Positions 23,301-37,200 of a stretch of 44,281 nucleotides of DNA are shown here, piece by piece; position 1 is the first letter of the stretch, and each line of letters opens with the position of its first letter. The notes under the pieces were generated by a model that was given only the letters and a program-made list of their open reading frames with translations, was not told the origin of the DNA and searched no databases. A program made the translations under genes and the position numbers. The DNA comes from Octopus bimaculoides. Its lineage: Eukaryota. The DNA lies in assembly GCF_001194135.2 (NCBI RefSeq), contig NC_068987.1, forward strand, positions 42,245,921-42,290,201. The letters are read 5' to 3'.

Positions 23301-26300
23301 ATGCTTGCAGGAAGTCTGATTGCTAACAGCTACAGTTTGGCATAGATGTGAAGATTGCAGTAGAGGAGCAACTACTGTAGACGACATTTTTGCTTTTTCC
23401 TTCAGGATGAATAAGTTGTCTGGATGGCCAACTCTGGAACAACCAATATAGAACCATCCATGTGAAAAGCATGACATTCGCAGTTCCAATCTGACAACTT
23501 TCAGTGGCTGACCTTGTGCTTTGTTAATTGTCATGGTGAAGCTGAGTTTGAGAGGGAACTGAAGTCTCCGCATATGGTAGGGGCAGTCTGTTGGGGTTAG
23601 CAAAATTTTCGGAATAAAAACAGTATCATTTTTGCTGTGTCCTGTGATAATTTGGGCTTCAATGATGTGGTCCATCATTTGTTTGACCACAAGGTGATTT
23701 ACATTGCATAATTAAAAGTTGATTTAAATTGCATGGCTAACTCAAGGAAGTGCTAATGTGTAAATATCAGCGGTTTGCAGTGAATGGGCATTGTAAAGAC
23801 TGTAGTAAAAGACGAAGTGAAAGTAGCATAACTACATCATCAAGAGTAATGTCCCTTGAAGCAACGATTGTTGGTATTTGTTAGTTACCTAGGAGCAGCA
23901 TTACTCATTATGTGGAAAATTTGAGTCTATGACCATCTCTGAAATATAAGTGGTGTATGTTCCCAGCATGAACGAAATCAGATGCTGAATATTGATTTAA
24001 AGGGGATCAAGGAAAAGGCCTGTATATATACACACACACATGCACACATATTTTCTGTTTTATTATATGTATATAAACATAGATTTGTAATTCTCTGTCA
24101 TCAATTCACCTCTGCTTCTTTCATTTCTTTGGTCGTCTTCCATATCTTCTCTTACTCAATTCCTTTATTTTATAGATGGCAGTACTATTCTTCAGTAAAT
24201 AATTATTTGTTTGCTATTTACTGGGTTTTTTTCATGTAACTTAAGGTCTTTGTTTATCTTTTGAAGTTACAAAAGAATGCTTTGCTGACTCTTTGTAGCG
24301 ATCGAATACTGCAAGATGTGGTAAGTTAAATGGTTTTATTTTACTTTCATATGTACACACATCCTCATATTCATGTTATTTACTCTTTTTACACATGAAA
24401 AAATACTTTAAAAAGTTTTTACATGTTTTCTTCTGCATTATGACAGTTTGGATGTTTGAATTCTACACACTTGGATAATTTGTACTCTTCTCACTAATAT
24501 GAGTTGGACAAGATGTTTGTACTCTATTCACCTGTACAGATTGAATGTTTGTACTCTACTCACTCTGCTCATTGCATCATAGAAATTTAACTATTGATAT
24601 ACTAATACTGTATAGTTTATGAGAAATGAAACCTGAGCCTTTTGATTCCTTCAAGTTTAAGAACATATTTGGAGACAAATGTCTCAGCTTTTAGCTTCCT
24701 AGATCAAATATGATCTTTCAAAAATAATCTCTCAGGGCCCAAACTTCAACTTTAATCCAACAGATTGCTGTATAAAAAGTGTGAGGTGCTTCTCTCCTTT
24801 TGAATGATCTGCTACTTAATTTATCAGTTGTAGATGAGTAAAAAGGAGGCCAAACTAACTTATGGGTGAGTTAAAATATTGGAATTGTAGGCCTTAAACT
24901 TTTTACAGGCAAGTTTATATTCCAATATTCCTATTTTGGTGTCAGTTCAATTGCATTTCAATGATCTTTATAGAAAGAAACTATTAATAATGCATTGACT
25001 TTCTTTAAGGCAAATTTTTATAGGCGAGAAGGGTTCAATAAACTGAGTCTGTCTTAGTATTAATGAGACATATTTTATTAACTATTAATCCTTTAGTGTT
25101 CGCATTATTTTGTCAAAAGTGATGCCTATTTATCCACAGTTTTGAATGAATCATGCATTATCTTGTAGTTTTGGGATTTTGATGAGGTAACTTAATTTTT
25201 AGAAAGATATTCTTTTCTACTCTAGGCACAAAGCCTGAAATTTTTAGGGAGGGTGCCAGCTGATTAGATCAACCCCAGTATGCAGCTGGTACTTAATTTA
25301 TCGACCCCCCCAAAAGGATGAAAGGCAGTTTCGATCTCAGTGGAATTTGAACTCAGAATGTAACGGCAGATGAAATACCACTAAGCATTTCACCTGGCAT
25401 GCTAACGTTTCTGCCAGCTCGTCACCTTGGAATGATATTGTAGGGCTGCTGTAAGAAGCTGGTGGATCTCGCTAGTTTAAATGCTAAAGGGTTAAAGGAA
25501 AAGTTGAGTTCCCCAACAGGGCTTGGAACATGAAAAAAATGATTAAGTTGTATGCTGAAGGGTACTTTCCCACCAGTTCACTACCTTCTTCTGTTAAAAG
25601 CAACATATATTATATATATTCTCTTTTTAATCTGATAATGTTCATCAAATATATTTATTTTTTAAAAACCTCTTATCAACAGAGCTTTGATCGGTTCCGC
25701 TGTGCAGAACTAGTTATGGATTGTTTGTGTTCTTTTGATGATTCTTCTATGAACAGAATGTCCGTAGCTATTTGTTCCATCTTAGCTGCTAAGGTAAATA
25801 TTTATAAATTTTATCTTTTCAGTGAATTTTTCTGACATGTTTGTGAATTTTAGCTTTTGCAATAACTTATTGCAGATGGGTTTTTTTTTTTCATCTTTTT
25901 TGTTTGCAACTTTTCATGTATTTTAATTATCAAATAGATTTTCAACTATGAAATAGGTATGAAACCTATTTTTATAGGTTTATCCAGCACAAATGGGTAT
26001 TGGTTGTAGTGTGAATATTTCTCCATCTTTTTCTGCTGGTCTTTTAAATGGTTCCTACTACTTAGTGGTAGTTGATAGTTTCTCAAAATGGTCTGAAATT
26101 TGCAAGTGTAAAAAACCAACCTCCTCAACTGTGATAAAATTTTTACACAAATTGTTTGCAAGATTTGGCATCCCTGATGAGATAATGTCTGACAATGGAA
26201 CGCAATTTGTGTCTTGCAAATTTTAAAAATTTTGTAAGCATATAACTATGGCACCATACCATCCCATCCCAGATCTAATGGACAGACAGAACTGTTTGTC

Positions 26301-27858
26301 GATACTTTCAAAAGAGCCCTTAGAAAATCAAATAAGGAAGTCATGGAGAAGGTAGCTCTACAACAATTTTTAAGAGTGTACCATGTGACACCAAATCTGA
26401 ATACACCAGCAGGTGGCGAGCTGGCAGAAACGTTAGCACGCCGGGCGAAATGCTTAGCGGTATTTCGTCTGCCGCTACGTTCAGAGTTCAAATTCCGCCG
26501 AGGTCCACTTTGCTTTTCATCCTTTCGGGGTCGATTAAATAAGTACCAGTTACGCACTGGGGTCGATATAATCGACTTAATCCCTTTGTCTGTCCTTGTT
26601 TGTCCCCTCTGTGTGTAGCCCCTTGTGGGTAGTAAAGAAATAACACCAGCAGGTGGCTCACCAGCAGAGCTGATGTTTGCAAGAAAAGTAAAATCAGTCT
26701 TTGATAAATTGCTACCTGGCAAGAAAAGAAAAAGTGTCAGGGGAGACAGCAAGATTCTTTAAAGTTAGTGTAAAGGTGTATATGAGGACATACAAGAATG
26801 GAAACCAGAGTTGGGAAAATGGTGTAATTACCAAATGCATAAGTAAAATGATATATTGGGTAAAAAGTAGAAAAGGCATACAAATGAGACACAGGAACCA
26901 ACTGAAAAAGAGATTCATGGAAAGCGAACTAAAGAAGTTGGAGGAACCAATTGAATGGCTGTACGATATTTCCCAAGTACTACTGCCACTGCAGGTGATC
27001 GAACCCAGGCATACAAGTGAGAGGAAAAGAAAACATACAGAGTTCCTGAAAATAGATGTTAAGTGCAAAAAATATTAAATTGTATAGAAAAAATAACTCA
27101 AGAAAGAGAGGTGGGGTGAATAAAAAAAAAATTATTGCTTAATAAAATGACACTTCCTAAGAAAAACTTAAAAGGGGAGATGTTATAGGGAATTAGTAAT
27201 AATAGTACACCCCTCCCATGTGACGACTGGAATAACCTAGTTACTATAAGTAAAGAGAAGTATGTGAAGTACCACAGTATGTAGTAGGCGGTCAGAGATA
27301 GTTGTGACTTTACTCTTTTTACTAAGTATACTGTATACCGAAGTGGGTGTTATAAAAGTCCAACATTGTAAGGATTATAACATTCTGTCTAACTTTGCTG
27401 TTCTTATCCATTGAACTTGTACTTTGTGAATCCATAGTGATCCAGAATATTTCTTCTCTTTCCTTATCATTCTTATTTCTCATTTCATTATTATAATTAC
27501 ACTAAAGGTCCAGACTTGAAGGGATATCAAGTAGTTATATGTGAGAACTTAAAATATTGGATACCTAATAAATAATATCATCATCATTTTAATGTCCACT
27601 TTTTCCTGCTTGCATGGGTCAAACATATTATTGAGGCAGATTTTCTATAGCCAAATGCCTTTCCTGTTGCCAATTCTCACCTGTTTCCAAGCAAAGTAAT
27701 ATTTCTCCACAGCCAGACATGTTTTCACAGAATGTCAGAAATGTATGACACTGCTTGCATGACAGTGACACTTGGAACTAACATGTGATATCAAGACAAG
27801 GAGACACAAACATACACGCTCTCATACATGCATATATTTATTTGTACACACACACACA

Positions 27859-27921
<63 letters not shown>

Positions 27922-30900
27922 TATACATTGGACCTCTGTCAGTTTCTGTATACCAAATCTATTTACAAATGTTTGGTTGGCCCACGGTTATAGTAAAAGA
28001 CACTTATCCAAGGTGTTACACATTGGATTTGAATCCGAAACCATGTGGTTGGAAAGCAAACTTCTTAACTACATGGCCACACCTGTATATCATACTTACT
28101 GTATATAAAGATCATGTACATCGATACATAGACATTATCTGTAGAGAGCTTATGCATGTTTTTATCTGTCTGTGTAGATAGCCGTTTGTGTCTACATGAG
28201 AGGTAATGAGGTTGCCTAGGTCTAATGGGAAGGCCTTAGAAGAGAATGGCTAATGTGTGGTGGGAACTTTTGAGATATAAAGTAAGTGGTAATGTTAAGA
28301 ATCAGTACTTACTGGTATTTTATTTAGTGCCCTTAAAGGGATGGAAGGTAAGGATGACTTTAGTAGGATTTGAACTCAGAGCACTGAAAGTTGAAATAAA
28401 TACTGTGTTCTGTCTGCTGTTTTAACTACTTTTCCTAGCAACATAGGTGTAGGCATGACTGTGTGGTTAAGAAGCTTGCTTCCCAATCCTATGGTCTTAG
28501 GTTCAGTCCCAGTGTGTGGCACCTTGAGTAAGTGTCTTTTTCTATAGCCACAGGTTGACCAAAAACATACACTCACAGATTTGGAAGCTGAAAGAATGCT
28601 ATAGTGTGTGTATCCTTGTCTAGACATCACAAGATAGTTGTGAATGGGTGTCATCATCATACAAGAGAGGTTGATTCCAGTTTTCCATGACAAACATATC
28701 TAGTTATGGGAAAATATTACCTAACTTGGAAATAGGTGAAGATTGGTAACAGGGAAGCATCTAGCCATAGAAAATCTGCTTCAACAAATTCCATCTGACC
28801 CATGCAAACATGGAAAAGTGGATGGTTACAGAGTGTACTGGGTGCTTCTTTCATGACAGCAGACTTAGTGAGGTCACTAAATAACTTGCAAGACAAAATA
28901 CTTTGATGGAGTGGGGGTGTAATATTGAGGGAAGCGGCTTTGTACCAGGTCTTGAGAGGTTAAAGTATGTAGAGGAGATACATGGCTACTCCAGTAGAAA
29001 AGGGAGAAAGAATAGTGGAGATGAGGCACAAGAAGGTTGACAGAAAGAGAATAGGGACACAGAATGAAGGATCACGGGGTGGGTAGGTAGGTTCATGAGT
29101 GTGATAGGACATGCTGTGGAGATGAGAATAGAAGTGAAGCATGGTCAATGATGAATCTTAGTTTGGGAGAACAAAAAAGAAAAATAGGGTAGTTCGAGAA
29201 GGAGGAGGTGATACATGGCAATATATAAAAGATGGGGAGAGCAACAGTATAATAAAATTGTTGATAGATCATCATGTAAATGTATTTATATGAATATGGT
29301 CATATTAATATATTAGTAGTCAAGTAGAATATCTAGGCCCGATCTTTTGACATCTTAGAAAAACAATTAAATTAACTAATTTCATTATAGTAGCATCTCA
29401 TAGAATTTGCTTTCCCCTCTTTTAACATATCAAAAGATAGTTGTCGACAACTATTGTATTTGTAAGCAATGTTGTAAATATCACAGCTAATCACAGGCCA
29501 TTAAAATCCTTGTAATTTAACTACTGGATCTATTTCACAGTCAGATTTATTAAAAACATAGATATATATGATTCTGAGTACATATTTGTTCACAGCTCTT
29601 GTTTTGTTGGAACCGTAGAAAATGTATGTTGATATGTTTATCTACTTCTGTATGTATGTGTATAGTTGTATGTATATATCTGTTTATATATGTCTATGTG
29701 TGTATATTTCTGTATATGTGTATATATGTGTTAAAAGCCTATTTGTGTGTTAATGTTTATATTTGTTAATATATGTTTATATTTCAGTATATGTTTAAGT
29801 GTGGATATATCTAAATATGTATATGTGTTGTATGTTTATATGTGTGTATATATTCATATATGTTCATGTGTATGAATGTCTGTATGTGTTAATGCAGAAC
29901 ACATATGTAAAATATGCACAAAATCACACTCTCCTAAATATTGGAATTGTGTGCCCTTGCAATACATCAGAAAATGTATGTTTTGCTGACAGATCTCAAC
30001 AGAAGAGACTTCAAGACTTGGAGGAACCCATCACTATATGCAGAAGATGCTGGAATTGGTGCATCAGAAAATGGAACATATGGCTATTGATATCACCTTG
30101 AAATTTACATTAAGTGCTCTTTGGAATCTTACTGGTGAGATTTTTGTAAATATTTTTCTGTCCCAATATTTGCATTGTCTCTGTCTTCTTCAAAGGAGAA
30201 TCATTTGTAGGTTTCTTTTGTCCAAATGATTTATGCTTTGGGGAAGGCATAAATCTTATGACAGTCTGCATGCCTTGCCTCAAAAGTTTTAGGCATCATT
30301 AATATATTTACATAAGAAATTATTTTGTTTCAAATGAATTTTTCAAATTAGCTTTAGATTGTATGATTTTGCATATTGACATATTTAAATAAAGAACTTT
30401 GTAACAGGTTTGCATTTATGTACATCATCATCATTTAATGCCTGTTTTCCATGCTAGTATGGGTTAGACAGTTTGACCAGAGCTGGTAAGCTGGAGAGCT
30501 GCACCAGGCTCCAGTTGTCTGTTTTGGCTTGGTTTCTATATCTGAATGCCCTTCCTAATGCTAGCCACTTTACTGAGTGTACTGGGTGCCTTTTATGTGT
30601 CACCAGCATGGGTACCCTTTTATGTGCTACTGGCATGGGTCCTTTTTACACATCACTGGCACAGGTAGCTTTTTTCATGTCACTGGCATGGGTGCCTTTT
30701 ATACATCACCGATATGGGTGCCTCTTACATGTCTCCAGGATGGGTACCTCTTATGTATCACCAGCACTGGTCACAACCATAATTACGTAAGGGATTTTTT
30801 TTTGTTATATCTATTAAAGTTACATGACTTTTTTCCATAAGTCTATTATTAAAGTTAAATAATTATAAAAACCCGATCAGTATTTAGTTTGGTGATCAGT

Positions 30901-31165
30901 AATTCAGTTGGGGTGTCACTTAGGAAACATAGGTTCTGTAAACATCATCATTGTTTGAATATTCACTTTTTCATGCTTGCATGAATCAGATGGATTTTGT
31001 TGAAGCAAATTTTCTATAAATGGCTGCTTCTGTTGCCATTTCTCAATTGTTTCCAAGCAAGGTAATATTTCCCTGTGGCCAGACATGTTTTCATGGAGGA
31101 GTGGAAACAAACAGCACACTTATATGGTGACACAACTATTGCATAATGTCAAGATTAGGTGACAT

Positions 31166-31212
<47 letters not shown>

Positions 31213-34200
31213 CACATAGTGGTCTTCTTTCAATTTCTGTCTACCATATCTACTCACAAGGCCTTAGATTATAGTAGAAGATACTTGTTCTGTTCTCAAC
31301 CCTTCTTTCCCGCATTAATCTATCACTCCATAGCATAAAACCACCTCTCTCTCTACTTTAGCCCTACTTAGTTGAAGGAAATCTTAGTCTTGCAGGATGC
31401 ATGGTGACCTTACTAGTGCTGATGATATAAAAAAAACACCTGTACATACCATAAAGTGGTTGTAGGAAGGGCACTCAACCATAGAAACCACACCAAAGCA
31501 GACATTGGAGTACAATGCAGTACTAAGCACCTTTGAATCCTGTCAAACCCATGCCAGCATGGAACGTCGTCGTCGTCGTCGTCGTTTAACGTCCGCTTTC
31601 CATGCTAGCATGGATTGGACGATTTGACTGAGGACTGGTGAAACCGGATGGCAACACCAGGCTCCAATCCAATTTGGCAGAGTTTCTACAGCTGGATGCC
31701 CTTCCTAACGCCAACCACTCAGAGAGTGTAGTGGGTGCTTTTACGTGTCACCCGCACGAAAATGGCCNNNNNNNNNNNNNNNNNNNNNNNNNNNNNNNNN
31801 NNNNNNNNNNNNNNNNNNNNNNNNNNNNNNNNNNNNNNNNNNNNNNNNNNNNNNNNNNNNNNNNNNNNNNNNNNNNNNNNNNNNNNNNNNNNNNNNNNNN
31901 NNNNNNNNNNNNNNNNNNNNNNNNNNNNNNNNNNNNNNNNNNNNNNNNNNNNNNNNNNNNNNNNNNNNNNNNNNNNNNNNNNNNNNNNNNNNNNNNNNNN
32001 NNNNNNNNNNNNNNNNNNNNNNNNNNNNNNNNNNNNNNNNNNNNNNNNNNNNNNNNNNNNNNNNNNNNNNNNNNNNNNNNNNNNNNNNNNNNNNNNNNNN
32101 NNNNNNNNNNNNNNNNNNNNNNNNNNNNNNNNNNNNNNNNNNNNNNNNNNNNNNNNNNNNNNNNNNNNNNNNNNNNNNNNNNNNNNNNNNNNNNNNNNNN
32201 NNNNNNNNNNNNNNNNNNNNNNNNNNNNNNNNNNNNNNNNNNNNNNNNNNNNNNNNNNNNNNNNNNNNNNNNNNNNNNNNNNNNNNNNNNNNNNNNNNNN
32301 NNNNNNNNNNNNNNNNNNNNNNNNNNTCACCCGCACAAGAGCCAGCCCAGGGGCACCGGCAACGATCCCACTCGGAAGATTTCATGTGTCGCCCGCACAC
32401 GAGTCAATCCAGGGGCACTGACAACGATCCCGCTCGAAAGACTTCATGTGTCACCCGCACAAGAGCCAGCCCAGGGGCACCGGCAATGATCCCGCCCGAA
32501 AGATTCCATGTGTCGCCCGCACACGAGCCAGCCCAGGGGCACCGGCAACGATCCCGCTCAAAACATTCATGTGCCACCTGCACTAAATGGTGGCGGCAGT
32601 GGTGACAGCCACTGTTGTCATTGTCATCATTGTCATTGCAGCATGATACAGTACTTGGACCATTGGATCCTATCAAACCCATGCCAGCATGGAACAGGGA
32701 TGTTAGATGGTGGTGGTGATGGTGCTGCTGCTTCTTTTTGTCTGGCGAATACTTTTCCTTTTCTGTTTTGAGTTTTATTTCAGTTAAAGATTCTGGGTCA
32801 TTTCTTAGGACCTCTTAATATTAACAATGTTATTCTCTGAGGAAACATGGTAATCATGTTTCCCCTAAATATGATTATTAGTTATTGCAAAAATGTATAG
32901 CATTAGCTGTCAAGGTTGGTTTGAAAGGAATAAATTTCTCACAAAATCTGAGACTGGTTAGATCAGTACCATTAAACCTTTCTCTTGAAGAGTTGATGGC
33001 TGTAATAAAATCATGTAGAGGAAAAGGAATTCCAGAAATCCAACATTCTAGGGGAGAAAAACCACATATAGTATTTAGTGTGGAACCTAGCAGGTGAGAG
33101 GAGAAGGTGTGAGAGAATTAAGAGAGTTTGAGAGCAATAGCCACTGCAGTCGAAGAGAGAATACTGAGAGAGAAAGGAGAAAGTACATCTGGAGGTCAGA
33201 AGTCGGAGAGTGTTTGTGAGTGACTTTATGCCAATCATATGAGAGGCCTTTCTTTGACATGGTCTGTTTGTCTTTGTGCAGCAGTAATGACCCAGATGAT
33301 GGCACACTACACTATTGTAAATATCAACTGAACTTTAAAGAGTTTTAGTAATGTTTGAAGACTGGAATATTAGCTTCAAGTTTTACATTGGTCTGTTACA
33401 ACTGAGTATAGAAAGAAACTCTTGTGAATATATAGAAACTTCTTCATGGTTAAAAGTAGTTATTGTTGAGTACATCTGGATGTCCTTCTTAATGCTAAGC
33501 ACCCAGCACGCTCTGTAAAGTGGTTGGCATCAGAAAGAGCATCCAACCATAAAAACCATGCCTGAGGAGCATGACACAAGCCTCTAGCACAACAGATCTT
33601 GTTGCACTGTCCAACTCACACCAGCATGGAAGACAGATGCTAAATGATGGTGATAGGGGTAGTTGTGATGGCAGTGCAGCAGCAGCCTGTAGCATCAATA
33701 TTTCAAAAAGATCCATTTGCTCAACACACCAAATATGCTATACTTAAGCCTGCTCTTTGCCAATATTCTGCCATTTTGTTTTTTCTACTCTGTGTGCCAC
33801 ATGACTAATGAACTGTTTGACCATGTGCAATGTCAGATACAAACCAGACTGAAACTTATCTGGTATGTTAGATCTTTGGGTCACCTAAAAATGAACTTTG
33901 GAAATTTGAACATGTTGCATTCAGTTTCCTGCCTGGTCTCTTTATGTACATTAAATAACTGTAGCTCCTGTTGACTTTACTTGATCTTACTTCACATGGG
34001 TAAATTATTAAATATTTCATCAGATTTGGTTGGTTGGGCTTGAGGAATGGCTGTCTAGTCATGTTAATTTGAAACTATAGCTGGCGATTTAGTATTAATT
34101 GTCATAGAATTAAGCAACATGATGCTAGTTTGCAATATGTTTTGATGTGAACAGGAATAGGAAGTTGTAGACTTATGTAGCATGCTTGCTAGTCTACAGC

Positions 34201-37200
34201 ATGTTTTGATATAATGTCTTGATTTCCTTGCATTCTTTCATATCTTATGTGATTTTGTTTCTTTGCTCTCAGATGAGTCTCCTGCAACCTGCAATGTGTT
34301 CTTGAATGAAGGAGGCCTCGATCTATTTATGAGAGCTTTAGAGGTAGGTAACCTTCCATCAACAATGGATTCTTTTTTAATATTCATCTCTTCTGTCTTT
34401 TCATAAAATTGTTGTTTAAGTTAGTTGTTACCTTAACAAAATTCAAAGGTTGCAGAAGAATGAGCACCAGAATTGGTAGTTACTTATCAGTTTGAAGTAT
34501 GATGCTCTTTGTTTCAAATCCTAATTAGTTAGAAATTTTAATTTTTTATAGATTCCAATTTTAATATATTTTTATCAAAATGAGGTTTTCAAGATTCATT
34601 TTTATCATTGAAGCTTTCAACTTCATGATTCAGTCACAAAAGCAATATTTATTCATTATAATGTTACCATCTTATACTGCAAGATAGCTTTCTTTAATGT
34701 TTTCATTTATATTTCTGGAAATATAAATGTTGCCCAAATAATTGCAATGCCACTTTCTACAGACATATCAGTAAAAACATTTCTCCAAATTGTAAGTTTA
34801 ATCCAATATGAGTCAAATTATGTTGACTCTAGTATCCTTTCATATTAATTGGATGTTGCTGAAGAGTAAAAAAGCTGTATAAGAAAAGTAGTTTTAAATT
34901 ACTTGTAGCAAAAAATTCTAGCAAATATAAGCCTTTCACACTTTCTTTTAACTAAAGCACTCCCCTTCCACAACTTTGTTTCTTCATAACTTTATGAAAA
35001 ATAACTTTTTTATAGATAAAATTTTATGAATACATTCATGAAGAGTTGTGGGCAATACCTACACATCAACTATGTTTTCTCATAGCATTCACATTTTGAT
35101 GATGCAAATTACAATTATGTTGAAAACAAATTACTTTTGCAGGTTACTTCATTCTTTCCCTTCTGGGATTTGTTAAATGCATATTTTTTAATAAAATGAA
35201 ACTTTTCAGAGATACCAGCATAATTTGATAAAAAATAAACAGAAATGAAAAAAATACAAAAATAGCATACTAAATGACCACATAGAGGATGGGCTACCTT
35301 CGGGTTTGTCTAAAAATAGAGAGATTAACATGGCTAAGTCTAAATAATACCTGATTTCTTCATAAACTCTAATGCTGTCTTTAAGTACTTAGTATTCTAA
35401 ATTTGTTTATTGAGCAAGTGGGTGCTATTAGAAGAATAAAGGATGCAAAGGAAAATTAGATGTAATATATCAGAAAAATTACACACATGTGTAAATATCA
35501 TTCTGTGACTAGAAGAAAACTGCCCAAACTCTGCTACTCTCACTAATCCACAAACTTGGGAAACAAGAAAAAATGCATCTAGATATAAAATATTGCCACT
35601 GTATTAAACCTATGAAGGAGACAATGAAACTTTCACAGTGAAATAAGCAATAATGTAGAAATGTTTGTTAATTTACTGAGTGGGTGAGAGAGAACTACTA
35701 CAGCAATTAACACTGACATGCAAATTTTCAAAGACCTTACTATTTAATGTGGACTGAATAAAACAGCGAAGAAATTTCCCTCTTGTTTTTTTTTTTCAGT
35801 CAGCATTTAATTTCAGACTGAGAATGTGTGTATGATCATGTGCTTGTATGTGTGTTTGTTGAAAAGTAGATACATTTTGTTTTGTGGTATGTAATGCGAA
35901 TATTCAACAGTCAGATCATTATATCTGATATTGCAATTCACTAGAATATTACTCACATGATTAAAAATTTTAATCAGTCACCACTTTGCCAGAACTGGCT
36001 CCAGCAACAGTTCCATCTTTTTGAGTTTGAGCCTATCCAGCACTATAAATTCAACACACCTTAGCCACTTGACAATGAGCATTGACAGACACCATAGGAG
36101 ACAGCCAACAGAGATAGTTGGACAGCAGGTGGCCTGAGCTGACTATAAAGGCAATGACATTAGAAATCAATAGCATGACAAGCAGCTAACCACACTTTGA
36201 CAGCTACTACAATTACACCAAGAACAATATCATTCAAACTCACTTGACGTTTTGTAGTAACAACAACAATTGCTTTTTGTTTATGGAAATCTCAAAGGAT
36301 TCAATGTTCTTCTTCATACAAGTATAAACAGAAGTAAATTCTCTGGAATTTACAAATTTTATTGGGTTTTTTTGTTGCTGTTGTCCATCAGTAGTTTCAT
36401 TTGATTTATAGGTTATTTTCTCTTTAATACATACATGGACACTATAATACATATTTGTACACTGTATAACATACATGTAATTCACTTTACACTCGCGTAG
36501 TACATGTTAATACATACAAGAAGGATACTTTAATACATTTGCATTATATCTTGGTATAGATGGTCAGCACTCCAAGCATTTGATCCCTGATCTCTCATGG
36601 TTCTGTCTCTTTCCCTCTGTTCTACCAGATGTTTAGCCCTTCCTTTATCAGTCTCATCAATCCTTCTATTTGCATGCCTGTCCCGATCTTGTTGTTGGCA
36701 TTCACCACTATTCTTCAGCTCTCCTTAGCCGCGCTCTTTTCCCACTATCTGTAACCCAACCAGATGTTTACTTTCTTCCTTGTCGAGGCATGATCGAAGA
36801 GTAAAAAATTGTATTCACCTTGGAAAAAATTCCTATTACCTCAAAATATTTTTTTAAAATCATTACTTGAAAATATTTCTGAATAATTAAAATATTGTCT
36901 GTTTAAAGAAAGCTNNNNNNNNNNATTTACTCTACAAACAACTCCTATTTTTCAAATCATATTCACTTAAAAATACTTTTGAATAATTAAAATATTGTCT
37001 GTTTAAAGAAAGCTGAAATATAAATACTCACTGTATAAACAATTTGTATATTTTAGGATTATGTTACTTTTGGAGTGTTTTCCCATTATGTGCCGTTTTG
37101 GCTATTTATGAAGGTACCCCCAAAAAACCGTGTATCTCACGAGTCCGTGGTCCGAATTATACAAAATGAGTTTCATTTCATTTGTATTCACATTTCAGGG

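Noticed and set aside
31538-32697. ~30-bp direct repeats as a TSD of the young LINE-UTR insertion
   Set aside because: The copies have mismatches and the right one is ~80 bp beyond the insert end; more likely two older copies of the same tail family.
36881-37014. 34-bp exact direct repeat either side of a 10-N gap
   Set aside because: Probably unmerged contig overlap or a collapsed tandem unit; cannot be interpreted without reads.
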